Source: Macrostomum lignano (taxonomy: Eukaryota). Taken from it: a DNA stretch of 64,000 nt. The stretch lies in the NCBI GenBank assembly GCA_002269645.1, contig NIVC01000257.1, forward strand, positions 186,001-250,000, read 5' to 3'. Positions 24,601 through 37,200 of the stretch are shown here, in pieces (the stretch's first letter is position 1; each line of letters starts with the position of its first letter). The notes beneath the pieces were generated by a model. That model saw nothing but the letters and a program-made list of their open reading frames with translations. It had not been told where the DNA came from and ran no database searches. Made by a program: the position numbers and the translations under genes.

Positions 24601-27600
24601 CACAGGGAATGATCAGGTTGACAGTGTAGAACAGGGTCTTCCGCCTGATGGTGATGGTGTAGATCATCATAGTCTGGGGCGCCTGACCGACCTTCTCAAT
24701 TTTTGTTACATTTCCCGGACAATCGATAATGTCCCAGGAGCCAGATTTCCAATACGAATTCATGTCGGCCACTCCCGGACCGTCAAGCATCACCTGCGTT
24801 TTTGATAAACACAAAAATGATACATAAATGGTTTTAAAAAGTGAGAGATTTCTAGCCAGACCTTGGACTTGAAGGCACTGCGGCAAAGAATAACTACTCG
24901 TACGACATGGACTGACTACATTGACCATTCTGTCTGACAGGATGTACATTTCACCCCACCCTCCGCGACCATTCCTTGCGTCTCCATTTCTACCGTTCCC
25001 GCCAAGCCTGTCTGATAGTATGTACATTAACTGAGTGCGGCTTCTACCCAACTCCATTCGAGACTTTCACTTCGTCCCGATTCCTATCCTCGCCAAGCCT
25101 GTCCAATAAAATAAAGTGTACATTCACTGAGTGCGGCTCCCACCCCAAACCACTTCATTCCGATACTTTCACTCCAAGCCTGTACGATAGTATGTACATT
25201 CACTGAATGCGACTTCCCACCTCATTCCAGTCCACCACCCCTATCTCCGTCTCCATTTCTCCATGTATGTACATTCGCTGAGCGTATAGCTACCACCCCA
25301 CTCCATTCTTTGTTCTCTCCCTTCTTTTTTATACAAATCGTTTTTCTTATAGTGCCTCACTTGAGTAGCATCAAACGTCCAACTGCCGAACTTCATTTCG
25401 CACTCCTGCTGATCAAACGGGAAGTATCTGACGTGAATTGTACAGGTACTCTGGTAAATTGCAGGCGGCATCCACATAATGTAACCGCTGCTGTAGATCA
25501 AAATGTTGGGCAGCCATGACGTTTCATACTTGCCGTCCGCGCTGCAAAGTTTCAAATGAATTTTCGATTTCTAGGTAAAACGGTCACTGAAGGGACTCAA
25601 ATCTACTCTAATGATCTGCCCCACCACAAGCTTCAGTAGTGATCTGCCCCACCACAAGCTTCAGTAGTGAACTGCCCCCACTACAAGCTTCAGTAGTGAA
25701 CTGCCCCACCACAAGCTTCAGTAGTGAACTGCCCCCACCACAAGCTTCAGTAGTGAACTGCCCCCACCACAAGCTTCAGTAGTGAACTGCCCCACCACAA
25801 GCTTCAGTAGTGAACTGCCCCACCACAAGCTTCAGTAGTGAACTGCCCCACCACAAGCTTCAGTAGTGATCTGCCCCACCACAAGCTTCAGTAGTGATCT
25901 GCCCCACCACAAGCTTCAGTAGTGATCTGCCCCACCACAAGCTTCAGTAGTGATCTGCCCGACCACAAGCTTCAGTAGTGAACTGCCCCACCACAAGCTT
26001 CAGTAGTGATCTGCCCCACCACAAGCTTCAGTAGTGATCTGCCCCACCCCAAGCTTCAGTGATCTGCCCCACCCCAAGCTTCAGTGATCTGCCCCACCCC
26101 AACTGTCCCTACGCGTCACTCACTTGTTAAACAGGACAATGTCCGGATTCCATGCCCGGTCGGGGTGAACTCGAATAATTGAAACGCCGCCAAAGTCCTT
26201 CGGATCCCATCTGAGCTGATAGTCGTACCAGCTCTGTTTAATAGAGAATTATTAAAGGTGTAGATCTGATCTACCGAGTGTCTCTTGACTGAAAGACCTA
26301 AAATCAATTTCAAAATAAATATCTACCAAGTTTCCCTTTTTAGCTCCTTACAAAGTTGACGAACTGTAAACAGTTGTTCGCTTGGAGAGTGAAAAACAGG
26401 GGTACTGGAAGAATGTAAAAATAAGGATAAAACATCCCGCTTGACCAGCTGTTGGGTTAACAGAGGGCGAACCCTACGAAAAGTGCGCCTATTTGGGTCT
26501 TGAAGCACAAATTCAAACCCATCTCTCACCAGCTTCAACCAAACGTTGCTCTTCATGATCTGAGCCTTCTCTTCCTGAAAATTGTTTCAGTTAGAGCTTC
26601 ACGACTGCTTGAAGTGAAGTTTATTCATGCTATATATGGTAGTAGTATATGCAGCACGTACCACATTGATGATCTGTATGATTGACAGAGTGAATTCAAC
26701 TTTCACCGTGGCATTTAAACTGGTTACTGGCCGTATTAGCCTATTGTAGCCCTTGTGCTGGAAGAGCAGGTGAGCCAGGCGCACTTCCTCATCGGTTGTG
26801 GCGGCTGCGAAATCGAGATTCGGGGGAAGCCTTGTGGATTGATAGCTGATTGACTGACATTGGAGCTAAATAGACGGTACGTTGGCTGGCTGATATGGGA
26901 ATGTACGAGCTTCATAGGAGCTGAATATTAGGGGAGGGTTGACTGACTGGTCTGGATGTACATTGGAGCTGAATATTAGGGGAGGGTTGACTGACTGGTC
27001 TGGATGTACATTGGAGCTGAATATTAGGGGAGGGTTGACTGACTGGTCTGGATGTACATTGGAGCTTAATATTAGGGGAGGGTTGACTGACTGGTCTGGA
27101 TGTACATTGAAGCTTAATATTAGGGGAGGGTTGACTGACTGGTCTGGATGTACATTGGAGCTGAATATTAGGGGAGGGTTGACTGACTGGTCTGGATGTA
27201 CATTGGCGTTAAAAGGATTGGCTGACTGGTCTAGATGTACATTGGAGTTAAAAGGGTTGGCTGACTGGTCTAGATGTACATTGGAGTTAAAAGGGTTGGC
27301 TGACTGGTCTAGATGTACATTGGAGTTAAAAGGGTTGGCTCAGTGATCTGGGTGTACTTTGGACTAAAAAAGACAGAGGGTTGGATGACTCATCTAGATG
27401 TGCATCGGTAAACAGAGTTTTGATTAATAACTCATCTAGACGTAAAAAATAATAAAGTAGGTAAATCCTTTGATTACATGAGCGTCTCACAGTCTTTACT
27501 CTGTAATACTGATTAAATTAGAAACTGGCTAAGCGGTATTTGAAGCAAAGATAAGAAAGATTTCATTCAATTACTCACCGGCTGCGGTGCCGAAATTTGA

Positions 27601-27639
27601 GGCAGACATGAGAAGCAGCAGCAGCAGCGTCCGCAGCAT
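21641..27639 (-). CDS. nAChRbeta1: Nicotinic acetylcholine receptor non-alpha (beta1-like) subunit, paralog A, 521 aa; exons 27639..27579, 26804..26662, 26574..26530, 26233..26124, 25541..25361, 24793..23954, 21826..21641
   Basis: Signal peptide, [15 protein letters not shown], [10 protein letters not shown], W.PDIVL.NNADG, Cys-loop [59 protein letters not shown]. No loop-C vicinal Cys. All junctions are GT-AG and in phase. Confidence 0.95.
22630..23915. repeat. 22/44-bp higher-order minisatellite (CACACCTGAATCACCCATAGGA / CACACCTGGCTCACCAATCAGA), nAChR-A intron 6
   Basis: Alternating related 22-bp subunits. Confidence 0.95.
25612..26100. repeat. 28-29-bp minisatellite (GATCTGCCCCACCACAAGCTTCAGTAGT), nAChR-A intron 4
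   Basis: Directly visible tandem units. Confidence 0.95.
26920..27360. repeat. 48-bp then 42-bp minisatellite (GACTGACTGGTCTGGATGTACATTGGAG...), nAChR-A intron 1
   Basis: Directly visible tandem units. Confidence 0.9.
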
Positions 27640-28719
27640 CCCTGCTGCTGATCAGCCTCTGTGGCGGCTGACGCCCCGCTCAATATCAATCCGTCTCCGA
27701 CAGTGTTTCACTAAGCACTGCTCAAGACGCCCGAGACGAAGCCGAAGACGCTGAAGAATCGGTAGTCAGTCGCCGCCGCGTCGACGCTGCTGGACTTTCG
27801 CCAAACAGATTTTCTCCCTCAATTCTCCGGCACGGAAGCCTTCATATTCTTTCCCACTCTCCCCCTCACATCCCGGATTCTTCCCGAAGCCCCCTTTCTC
27901 CCCATCAGTGACCCTCCCAAGCCCACTCCTTCCTCACCGATGGATCCCGTCTCTCTCCCCAACTAGTCGATGAGGGGGGCGGGGAGAGTGGGAGGAGGCA
28001 GGGGGGGGGGAGAATTTCTCGCAGCCGCTGTTCGAACTCTGGTTAGTTAGATCGGAGCTGTGTGTGTGTGTGTGTGTCAAGTGTGTGCGAGTGTGGTGTG
28101 TCAAGCCGTTGCCTAAGGGCCAGTCGCAGCTGAAGCAAGATAGAGAGGGAGGGAGGGAGAAAAGAGAAAGAGAGAGAGTGATGGAGAGAGAGAGGGAGGC
28201 TGCAGAGCAGGGCCGGCCGTCTTGGGAGGCGGGGCTCTTTTCGGCCAAAGTTGCGGCACTTTTTCTCTTCCTTTTCCTTCGCGGCAGCCTCGCTTAGTTC
28301 GGCCCCCAGTTCCCGCCTTCCGCTCCCCTTTTTTCCCCGAACCGATTGGCCGACCGCTGCGGGGCTGCAGATTTGGGACAACTGGGACGAAGGGTTGATG
28401 GACTCAGAACTGGGGGGGGGGGTTGTTGATGAAGCCTTCGGGGCGGGCTCTGAAATCAGTCAATACTGCGGTGAAGTACGGGAGGGGGAGGGAATCTGTG
28501 CCGCAGAGATGGGGCTGGGGGATTCGGGATTTGGGAACTTGATACTAGGAATTTTTAAAGAGAATTAAAGAATTACGCAAATGTATTGATAAACGTTTAT
28601 AGATCGAATATCGATTAAACTTTTATTGCCTTGTTATATTTCTCGTCTATAAAATACACCACAAGTTTCTTCCTATCATGAATGATCATCATTTTATCAT
28701 CATAAACGATACAACGCAA

Positions 28720-29825
28720 AACTACACGAAACAAACGATATGATGCGATAAGACACGATACGATACGACACAATACGACACGATACGATACGATAAGACA
28801 CGATACGACACGATAAGACACGATATGACACGATAAGACACGATAAGGCACGATAAGACACGATAAGACACGATACGATACGACACAATACGACACGATA
28901 CGACACGACACGATAAGACTCGATAAGACACGATACGACACGATACGACACGATACGACACGATACGATAATACACGATACGACACGATGCGACTCGATA
29001 CGACACGATACGACACGATAAGCTAGGCACGATAAGACACGATAAGACACGATACGATACGACACAATACGACACAATACGACACGATACGATAAGACAC
29101 GATACGACACGATAAGACACGATAAGACACGATAAGACACGATACGACACGATACGACACGATACGACACGATACGACACGATACGACACGATACGACAC
29201 GATACGATAAGACACGATACGACACGATGCGACACGATACGACACGATACGACACGATACGACACAATACGACACGATACGATACGATACGACACGATAC
29301 GACACGATACGACACGATACGACACGATACGACACGATGCGACACGATACGACACGATACGACACGATACGAAACGGTACGACATGATACGACACGATAC
29401 GATAAGACACGATAAGACACGATACGACACGATGCGACACGATACGACACGATAAGACACGATACGACACGATGCGACACGATACGACACGATAAGACAC
29501 GATACGACACAATACGATACGATACGATACAATACGACACGATACGACACGATACGACACGATACGACACGATACGACACGATACGACACGATACGATAA
29601 GACACGATACGACACGATGCGACACGATACGACACGATACGACACGATACGACACGATACGACACGATACGACACGATACGACACGATACGACACGATAC
29701 GACACGATACGATAAGACACGATACGACACGATGCGACACGATACGAAACGATACGACACGATACGAAACGGTACGACATGATACGACACGATACGATAA
29801 GACACGATAAGACATGATACGACGC
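28720..29825. repeat. Pentamer microsatellite (ACGAT/ACGAC/AAGAC variants)
   Basis: Directly visible. Confidence 0.95.
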
Positions 29826-30769
29826 CGCTAGATTCTCGCAAAATGAGCAATATATTATAGTGCATCATCAGATTTATAGTTCAAAACTCGAGCTGTAGGA
29901 TTCAGGGTTGACACGAGTGTGGGGTGGACATCGAAGGACCATTCGACAAGCAATTTAGAATCCTTTCTATCCACCTTTGAACATTGACGCTTAGCCCAGC
30001 TACAGACACTGGCGCAGGGTGGAAATCAGAACTGTATTGATAAAATTTCAAGCTGCAAGTTGCCAGACCGTTTCGAGGAGCTTCGGGGCTTGAATCGTTC
30101 GCAGGCCTCGCCCTTCAACCCCACGCCCCCCTCTCACTCCGAGATTTTCTTTAACCCTGCCGCTTGCAATAGATTTTCGACGCTTTCACTCACGCAATCT
30201 GAATAATGCAGGGTGCAGTGGCCAGTTGAGGCAGGAGGCAGCGCATCAATAGCCGGGGTTATTGTTCAAGTATGGCATGCGTATGGATGTGCAGCAGAGG
30301 CAGCAGCTCAGCCCCATGGGAGGTCGCCGTTCCACGCAGATGTTAATTAGCCCCCTATTGGGAAGGGCTGATAGCGGCTCTGACCTCAGCCCGACAAGGA
30401 AACTTCTGTCTTCTGGATTTTGCTCTTCTGGAAATTTCATCTTTAGCGGTTGTAGCAGCAGCAGCAGCAGCAGCAGACTTCATCGATTTTTTCCGGCTCT
30501 TTCCTTCATCTTGTTTTGCGTCTGGCAAGCCGCTCGCTAATCTCGCTAATCTCGCGAAAATGCCGCCGTTCGGACCTGACAGATTAGTCAATCAGGGCCG
30601 GTCACTTCACCACAAACAGCGCATTCTCTGAGCAGTGGAGAGTCAAAGTGAGCTGAAGCTCAAAGCAAGTGCTGACCATGCACCGAGATTAGAGAGATTA
30701 AAGATAAATATTTTGAAACAATTTGTCTAAGTGACGGAGTAGCTGCTTTCTTTGGCTAAGAGCGGTTCT

Positions 30770-31150
30770 TCAGCTGGGGCGATTATTTGGTGGGGTGTTC
30801 TTCGGTTAGGGCGATTCTTAGGCTGGGGCGATTCTTAGGCTGGGGCGATTCTTAGGCTGGGGTGATTCTTAGGCTGGGGCGATTCTTAGACTGGGGCGAT
30901 TCTTAGGCTGGGGTGATTCTTAGGCTGGGGCGATTCTTAGGCTGGGGCGGCTCTTAGGCTGGGGCGATTCTTAGGCTGGGGCGATTCTTAGGCTGGGGCG
31001 ATTCTTAGGCTGGGGCGATTCTTAGGCTGGGGCGATTCTTAGACTGGGGCGATTCTTAGGCTGGGGCGATTCTTAGGCTGGGGCGATTCTTAGGCTGGGG
31101 CGATTCTTAGGCTGGGGCGATTCCTTAGGGCGATTACTTGGCTGAAGCGA
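30770..31150. repeat. 17-bp minisatellite (TTAGGCTGGGGCGATTC), ~20 copies; left arm of inverted pair A
   Basis: Unit is the reverse complement of the 31716-33325 unit. Confidence 0.95.
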
Positions 31151-31715
31151 TTTCAGGGCTCGGGCGATTCTTTCACAAACCAATTCTCTGTCACAGTTCT
31201 TTCGAGTCTGTGATGTCTGCCTGCAGGCTTTGACTCAGACTCATCTTACTGCCGCATCATGAGGACTTGTCTCTCATTATTCAACAATGATATCTGATTC
31301 TCTGCTGATTTTCCTGACCCGGCTCGGGTCGCAACCTGATTATTGATAATCAGAAGCTGGCAATCAGTCAGCGGGTTCCCAGCTGATGGAAGCTGGTCAA
31401 TCCTCTGAAAATTTCATACACAAATAGGATTTCATTATCCTATTCCCTGGTCAACCAAGTCATTATTCGAATTTCATCGATTTATTTGATCACTGAACTT
31501 GGGTTGCCCGCTGCTTTGAAAATTTCTAGGCAATTGAAAATGTTTTATTGCTGCTTATTTAAGCTCAGAAAATTAAAAAATTACTGCGCTTTTACTGAAT
31601 ACACTATTGGTAGTAGAGGGTTTGTTGAAAATTCGAAATGTCCTTGGGCATTTTTAATCATTGACCTATTTAAAAAAAGAAAAAAAAATCTACCAGACAA
31701 AACAATCGTCCGGAA

Positions 31716-33325
31716 AAATCGCCCCAGCCAAGGAATCGCCCCGCCAAAGAATCGCCCCAGCCAAAAAATCGCCCCAGCCAAAGAATCTCTCCCGCCAAGG
31801 AATCGCCCCAGCCAAAGAATCTCCCCCGCCAAGGAATCGCCCCAGCCAAGAAATCGCCCCAGCCAAAAAATCGCCCCAGCCAAAGAATCTCTCCCGCCAA
31901 GGAATCGACCCAGCCAAAGAATCTCCCCCGCCAAGGAGTCGCCCCAGCCAAAGAATCGCCCCAGCCAAAAAATCGCCCCAGCCAAAGAATCTCTCCCGCC
32001 AAGGAATCGACCCAGCCAAAGAATCTCCCCCGCCAAGGAATCGCCCCAGCCAAAGAATCGCCCCAGCCAAAGAATCGCCCCAGCCAAAAAATCGCCCCAG
32101 CCAAAGAATCTCTCCCGCCAAGGAATCGCCCCAGCCAAAGAATCTCCCCCGCCAAGGAATCGCCCCAGCCAAAGAATCGCCCCAGCCAAAGAATCGCCCC
32201 AGCCAAAAAATCGCCCCAGCCAAAGAATCGCCCCAGCCAAAGAATCGCCCCAGCCAAAAAATCGCCCCAGCCGAGGAATCGCCCCCGCCAAGGAATCGCC
32301 CCCGCCAAGAAATCGCCCCAGCCAAAAAATCGCCCCAGCCAAAAAATCGCCCCAGCCAAGGAATCGCCCCCGCCAAGGAATCGCCCCCGCCAAGAAATCG
32401 CCTCAGCCAAAAAATCGCCCCAGCCAAAGAATCTCCCCCGCCAAGGAATCGCCCCAGCCAAAAAATCGCCCCAGCCAAGGAATCGCCCCAGCCAAAGAAT
32501 CTCCCCAGCCAAAGAATCGGCCCAGCCAAAAAATCGCCCCAGCCAAAGAATCTCTCCCGCCAAGGAATCGCCCCAGCCAAAGAATCTCCCTCGCCAAAGA
32601 ATCTCTCCCGCCAAGGAATCGCCCCAGCCAAAGAATCTCCCTCGCCAAAGAATCTCCCTCGCCAAGGAATCGCCCCAGCCAAGGAATCGCCCCAGCCAAA
32701 GAATCGCCCCAGCCAAAGAATCGCCCCAGCCAAGGAATCGCCCCCGCCAAGGAATCGCCCCCGCCAAGAAATCGGCCCAGCCAAAAAATCGGCCCAGCCA
32801 AGGAATCGCCCCCGCCAAGGAATCGCCCCCGCCAAGAAATCGCCCCAGCCAAAAAATCGCCCCAGCCAAAAAATCTCCCCCGCCAAGAAATCGCCCCAGC
32901 CAAAGAATCGCCCCAGCCAAAAAATCGCCCCAGCCGAGGAATCGCCCCCGCCAAGGAATCGCCCCCGCCAAGAAATCGCCCCAGCCAAAAAATCGCCCCA
33001 GCCAAAGAATCTCCCCCGCCAAGGAATCGCCCCAGCCAAAAAATCGCCCCAGCCAAAGAATCGCCCCAGCCAAAGAATCTCCCCAGCCAAAGAATCGGCC
33101 CAGCCAAAGAATCGGCCCAGCCAAAAAATCGCCCCAGTCAAAGAATCTTCCCCGCCAAGGAATCGCCCCAGCCAAAAAATCGACCCAGCCAAGGAATCGC
33201 CCCAGCCAAAGAATCTCCCCAGCCAAAAAATCGGCCCAGCCAAAGAATCGCCCCAGTTAAGGAATCGCCCTAAAGAATCACCCCAGCCATGGAATCGCCC
33301 AAAAGAATCGCCCTAAAGAATCGCC
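31716..33325. repeat. 17-bp minisatellite (AAGAATCGCCCCAGCCA), ~90 copies; right arm of inverted pair A
   Basis: Directly visible; source of the 500+ aa spurious ORFs. Confidence 0.95.
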
Positions 33326-34228
33326 CATCAAGACTCCGGGCTCCCCCATAACCAGTGTGCAGCGCACCCGTGGCGGGCTCACCAGCTGCACGTGTACTGA
33401 GAATCTGCCCACCAATACTCCGCTCTTGGTGACAATAAATCAAGGATGGAGTTGAAGCAGCGAGAGCTCATTGGGATGGCTGTGGGAAGGCTGTAAAAGC
33501 AAACAGCCAGCATCTTCTCGAACCCGAACTCAATCCGAGGTCCATCATCCCCAGAATCCAGCCTCCGCAAAGTTCGATATCCCAAGGACCCATCTCGTTA
33601 ATTAGTTCTCCCGCTCTCTCCTCCTCTCTTCTCCAATCTCCTTCCCCCGCAAAGAAGAATCATGCAATCTCGAGCTCAGGTTTTCTCCCAAACGGAAAAT
33701 AATTGCTTTGTTGGGCCGCCAGCCTCATCAAGCTTGAGAGGCGGTGCGGGTCACAGTTCGATCGCGGGGAAATCAAATATGGACATAAAAGCACGCCATT
33801 GAGGAACTGAGATCGTCATGCAGTTTTCATCGACCTGACGTGTTTATTAATTAAAATTCTCGGCAAAACTTGTTGCCTATGCAGAATGTAGAAAAATTAA
33901 CTATAGGAAAACATTGAATGAACAAAGTGTGGGAGGTGCAGTGTGATCTACCATGGAAATTATGATTAGAAAAAAAGTTCAAAAATTTCAAGCTCATTAT
34001 GCTAATTAGCCAATGCCCATACAGGTATCAATGCTACGCAGCGATGCATTAAAGCTTGTGTTGTTACAAGACATGATAAGGAAGATCAAATCCATGGACA
34101 GCAAAAGACTCTGGCTTTAGCTGTCCATGATCGAGTGTCTATAGCTGCAGTTGAAATTCGATATGCTGAGGGGCTCGCAACGCTGAAAGGCAATTAGAGG
34201 TAAGCAAACCGGCCGGTTCCATTTCATA

Positions 34229-37200
34229 TCAGGCAGTCTTTGCCTTCAGGGCGTTGATGATGGCCGTCTGGTCGACGAAGTCCAAAATGAACGGCGCGTT
34301 CAACAAAATCGCCCCGGTGCCAACCAGGGTGACCACGCCGAAGATGAGCAGCTGGACTCGGTCAATCACGGATGCCACGTATTTCCAGTCTTGGAGCACC
34401 TGCGGGAGCGTGGGAGAGTAGCTTGGTCTATGACCCGAGCTGTCCATGATCAAAGCTGTCTATGACCCAAACTGTCTATGACCCAAACTGTCTATGACCC
34501 AAACTGTCTATGACCCAAACTGTCTATGACCAAAGCTGTCTATGACCCAAACTGTCTATGACCCGAGCTGTCCATGATCAAAGCTGTCTATGACCCAAAC
34601 TGTCTATGACCGAACTGTCTAAGATCAAAGCTGTCTATGACCCAAACTGTCTATGACCGAACTGTCTATGACACCCCCAAGTGTCTATGACCCGAACTGT
34701 CTATGACCCGAACTGTCTATGACTCGAACTGTCTATGACCCGAAATGTCTATGACCCGAACTGTATATGACACCCCCAAGTGTCGATGACCCGAACTGTC
34801 TATGACCCGAACTGTCTATGACTCGAACTGTCTTTGACCCGAAATGTCTATGACCCGAACTGTATATGACACCCCCAAGTGTCTATGACCCGAACTGTCT
34901 ATGACTCGAACTGTCTATGACCCGAAATGTCTATGACCCGAACTGTATATGACACCCCAAGTGTCTATAGACCCATAGGTCATAGACCCGAACTGTCTAT
35001 GACCCGAACTGTCATGGCCCGAACTGTCTATGACCCGAACTGTTTATGACTAGAACCGAAACTCACCCGCTTGTATTCGTCCTCGATGCGCAGATGAGTG
35101 GAGATGAAGTTGATAGCCGCAATCGCCTTCCTCAGCTCAGGCGTCACCTCCACTCCGGCAAATCTCTGCGGCTCGGCGGCCTCGGCGGCCTCGGCCGTCT
35201 CTTCCGGCGGCATCGACGACCTGCCCGACCGTCGAAAGTCGCGCAGCTCCAGCAGCTCCGGCGACGGTTCCACGTCGTCGACATCGTTAACGCCGAAATC
35301 CAGGCCTCCGCCAGTGACGTCCTCGAAGCTGTGCAAGTCGCGTCGGCGACGCCGACTGACTCCGCCGCCGGTTTCGCCGCCGTTGCAGCGGTCGGTCATG
35401 CGGTCCATTCGCCAATTGTCATTCTCCTCGCGTTTGATGTGCTCTGGCCGCTTCATCCACAGCAGCTTGGGCAGGTATTTGAGAAACACCAGGCGGACCC
35501 AGTTCGGCATCTTGTGCGTCCTCGGCGTCCGGAAGTTCCAGTTGATGATGATCACGGTGAACACAATAGTGATGATGTTCATGATGAATGTGAACAGCAG
35601 GTACTTTGAGATCAGCGGTATTGAGATTGAAGTCGGCGGCAGAATCTTGCTGACTAGCAGGAGGAACACAACCAGAGCCAGCAGAATCGAGATGCAGAGC
35701 GTCATCTTTTCTCCAGCATCCGCTGGCAGATAGAAAACGCACACGCTGAGCAGGGAGATGAGAACACAGGGAATGATCAGGTTGACAGTGTAGAACAGGG
35801 TCTTCCGCCTGATGGTGATGGTGTAGATCATCATAGTCTGGGGCGCCTGACCGACCTTCTCGATCTGTGTGATGTTGCCCGGACAGTCGATGATGTCCCA
35901 GGAGCCCGACTGCCAGTAATCGTTCAGGTCCATGAACTTCACGCCTTCGTACCAGTCCAGCCCGACCTGCGAGTCACGTGAGGCGCTGGTGATTAATTAC
36001 CCGATGATTCAATATCCCACTGATCTAAGGTCCCACTGATCTATGATCCCAATGATCTAAGATCCCAATTATCTAAGATCCCAATGATCTAAGATCCCAA
36101 TGATCTAAGGTCCCAATGATCTAGGATCCCAATGATCTGAGATCCCACAGATTAATGATCCCAATGATTTATGATCCCACAGATTTAAAATCCTAAGATC
36201 TAAGATCCTAATTATCAAAGATGCCAGTGATTTAAAATCCCTAAAATCCCAATTATCTAAGATCCCAATGATTTATAATCCACATAGTCTAAGATATGCA
36301 TAGTCTAAGAATGCAAGGATGAAAAATTATTGGGAAATTGAAATGACACATTAAAAAGCCGACCTTTTGATGTCCTACGAGCGTAATATTTGAAAATCTG
36401 ATTGATCTTAATTAATTAAAATCCTGAAAGCTTCCAAGCACCGCAGTCGATTCTTCCAAGGTCCCACTTATAAAGCCGCATAAAAGATCCCAAGTCTTAA
36501 GAGGATCACCTGAGTTGCGTCGAAAGTCCAGCTTCCGAACTTCATCTCGCACTCCTGCTGATCGAACGGGAAGTACCGGACGTGGATGGTGCAGGAGCTT
36601 TTGTAAATCGCTGGCGGGATCCACAGGATGTTGCCCGTGTTAAAGATGAGGATGTTTGGCTGCCAGGACACTTCGTACTTGCCGTCGGCGCTGCGAAATC
36701 AAATGTACTTTTAATTACATTTCGAATATCCGTAATTAAGGAGACAATCTAGTGACAGAAATCAGTCAAATGGCTCACTTATTATACAGAACAATGTCCG
36801 GTTTCCATATTTTGTTTGGGTTGACTCGAATGACTTTGATGCCGCCAAAGTCCGTGGGGTCCCAGCGCAGCTGATAGTCGTCCCACGTCTGAAATGATTT
36901 ATTAGTTATGAGAATACTGTTTATGAACCACACTGTCTATGACCCAAACTGTCTATGACCTAAACTGTCTATGACCCAAACTGTCTATGACCTAAACTGT
37001 CTATGACCCAAATTGTTTAAGACCCAAACTTTCTATGACCCAAACTGCTGTCTATGACCTAAACTGTCTATGACCCAAACTGTCTATGACCTAAACTGTC
37101 TATGACCCAAATTGTTTAAGACCCAAACTTTCTAATACCCAAACTGTCTATGACCCAAACTTTCTATGACCAAAACTGTCTATGACCTAAACTGTCTATG

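Noticed and set aside
31486-33316. 500-600 aa 'PAKESP' / 'LAGAI' ORFs on both strands
   Set aside because: Stop-free 17-bp tandem repeat; open in most frames
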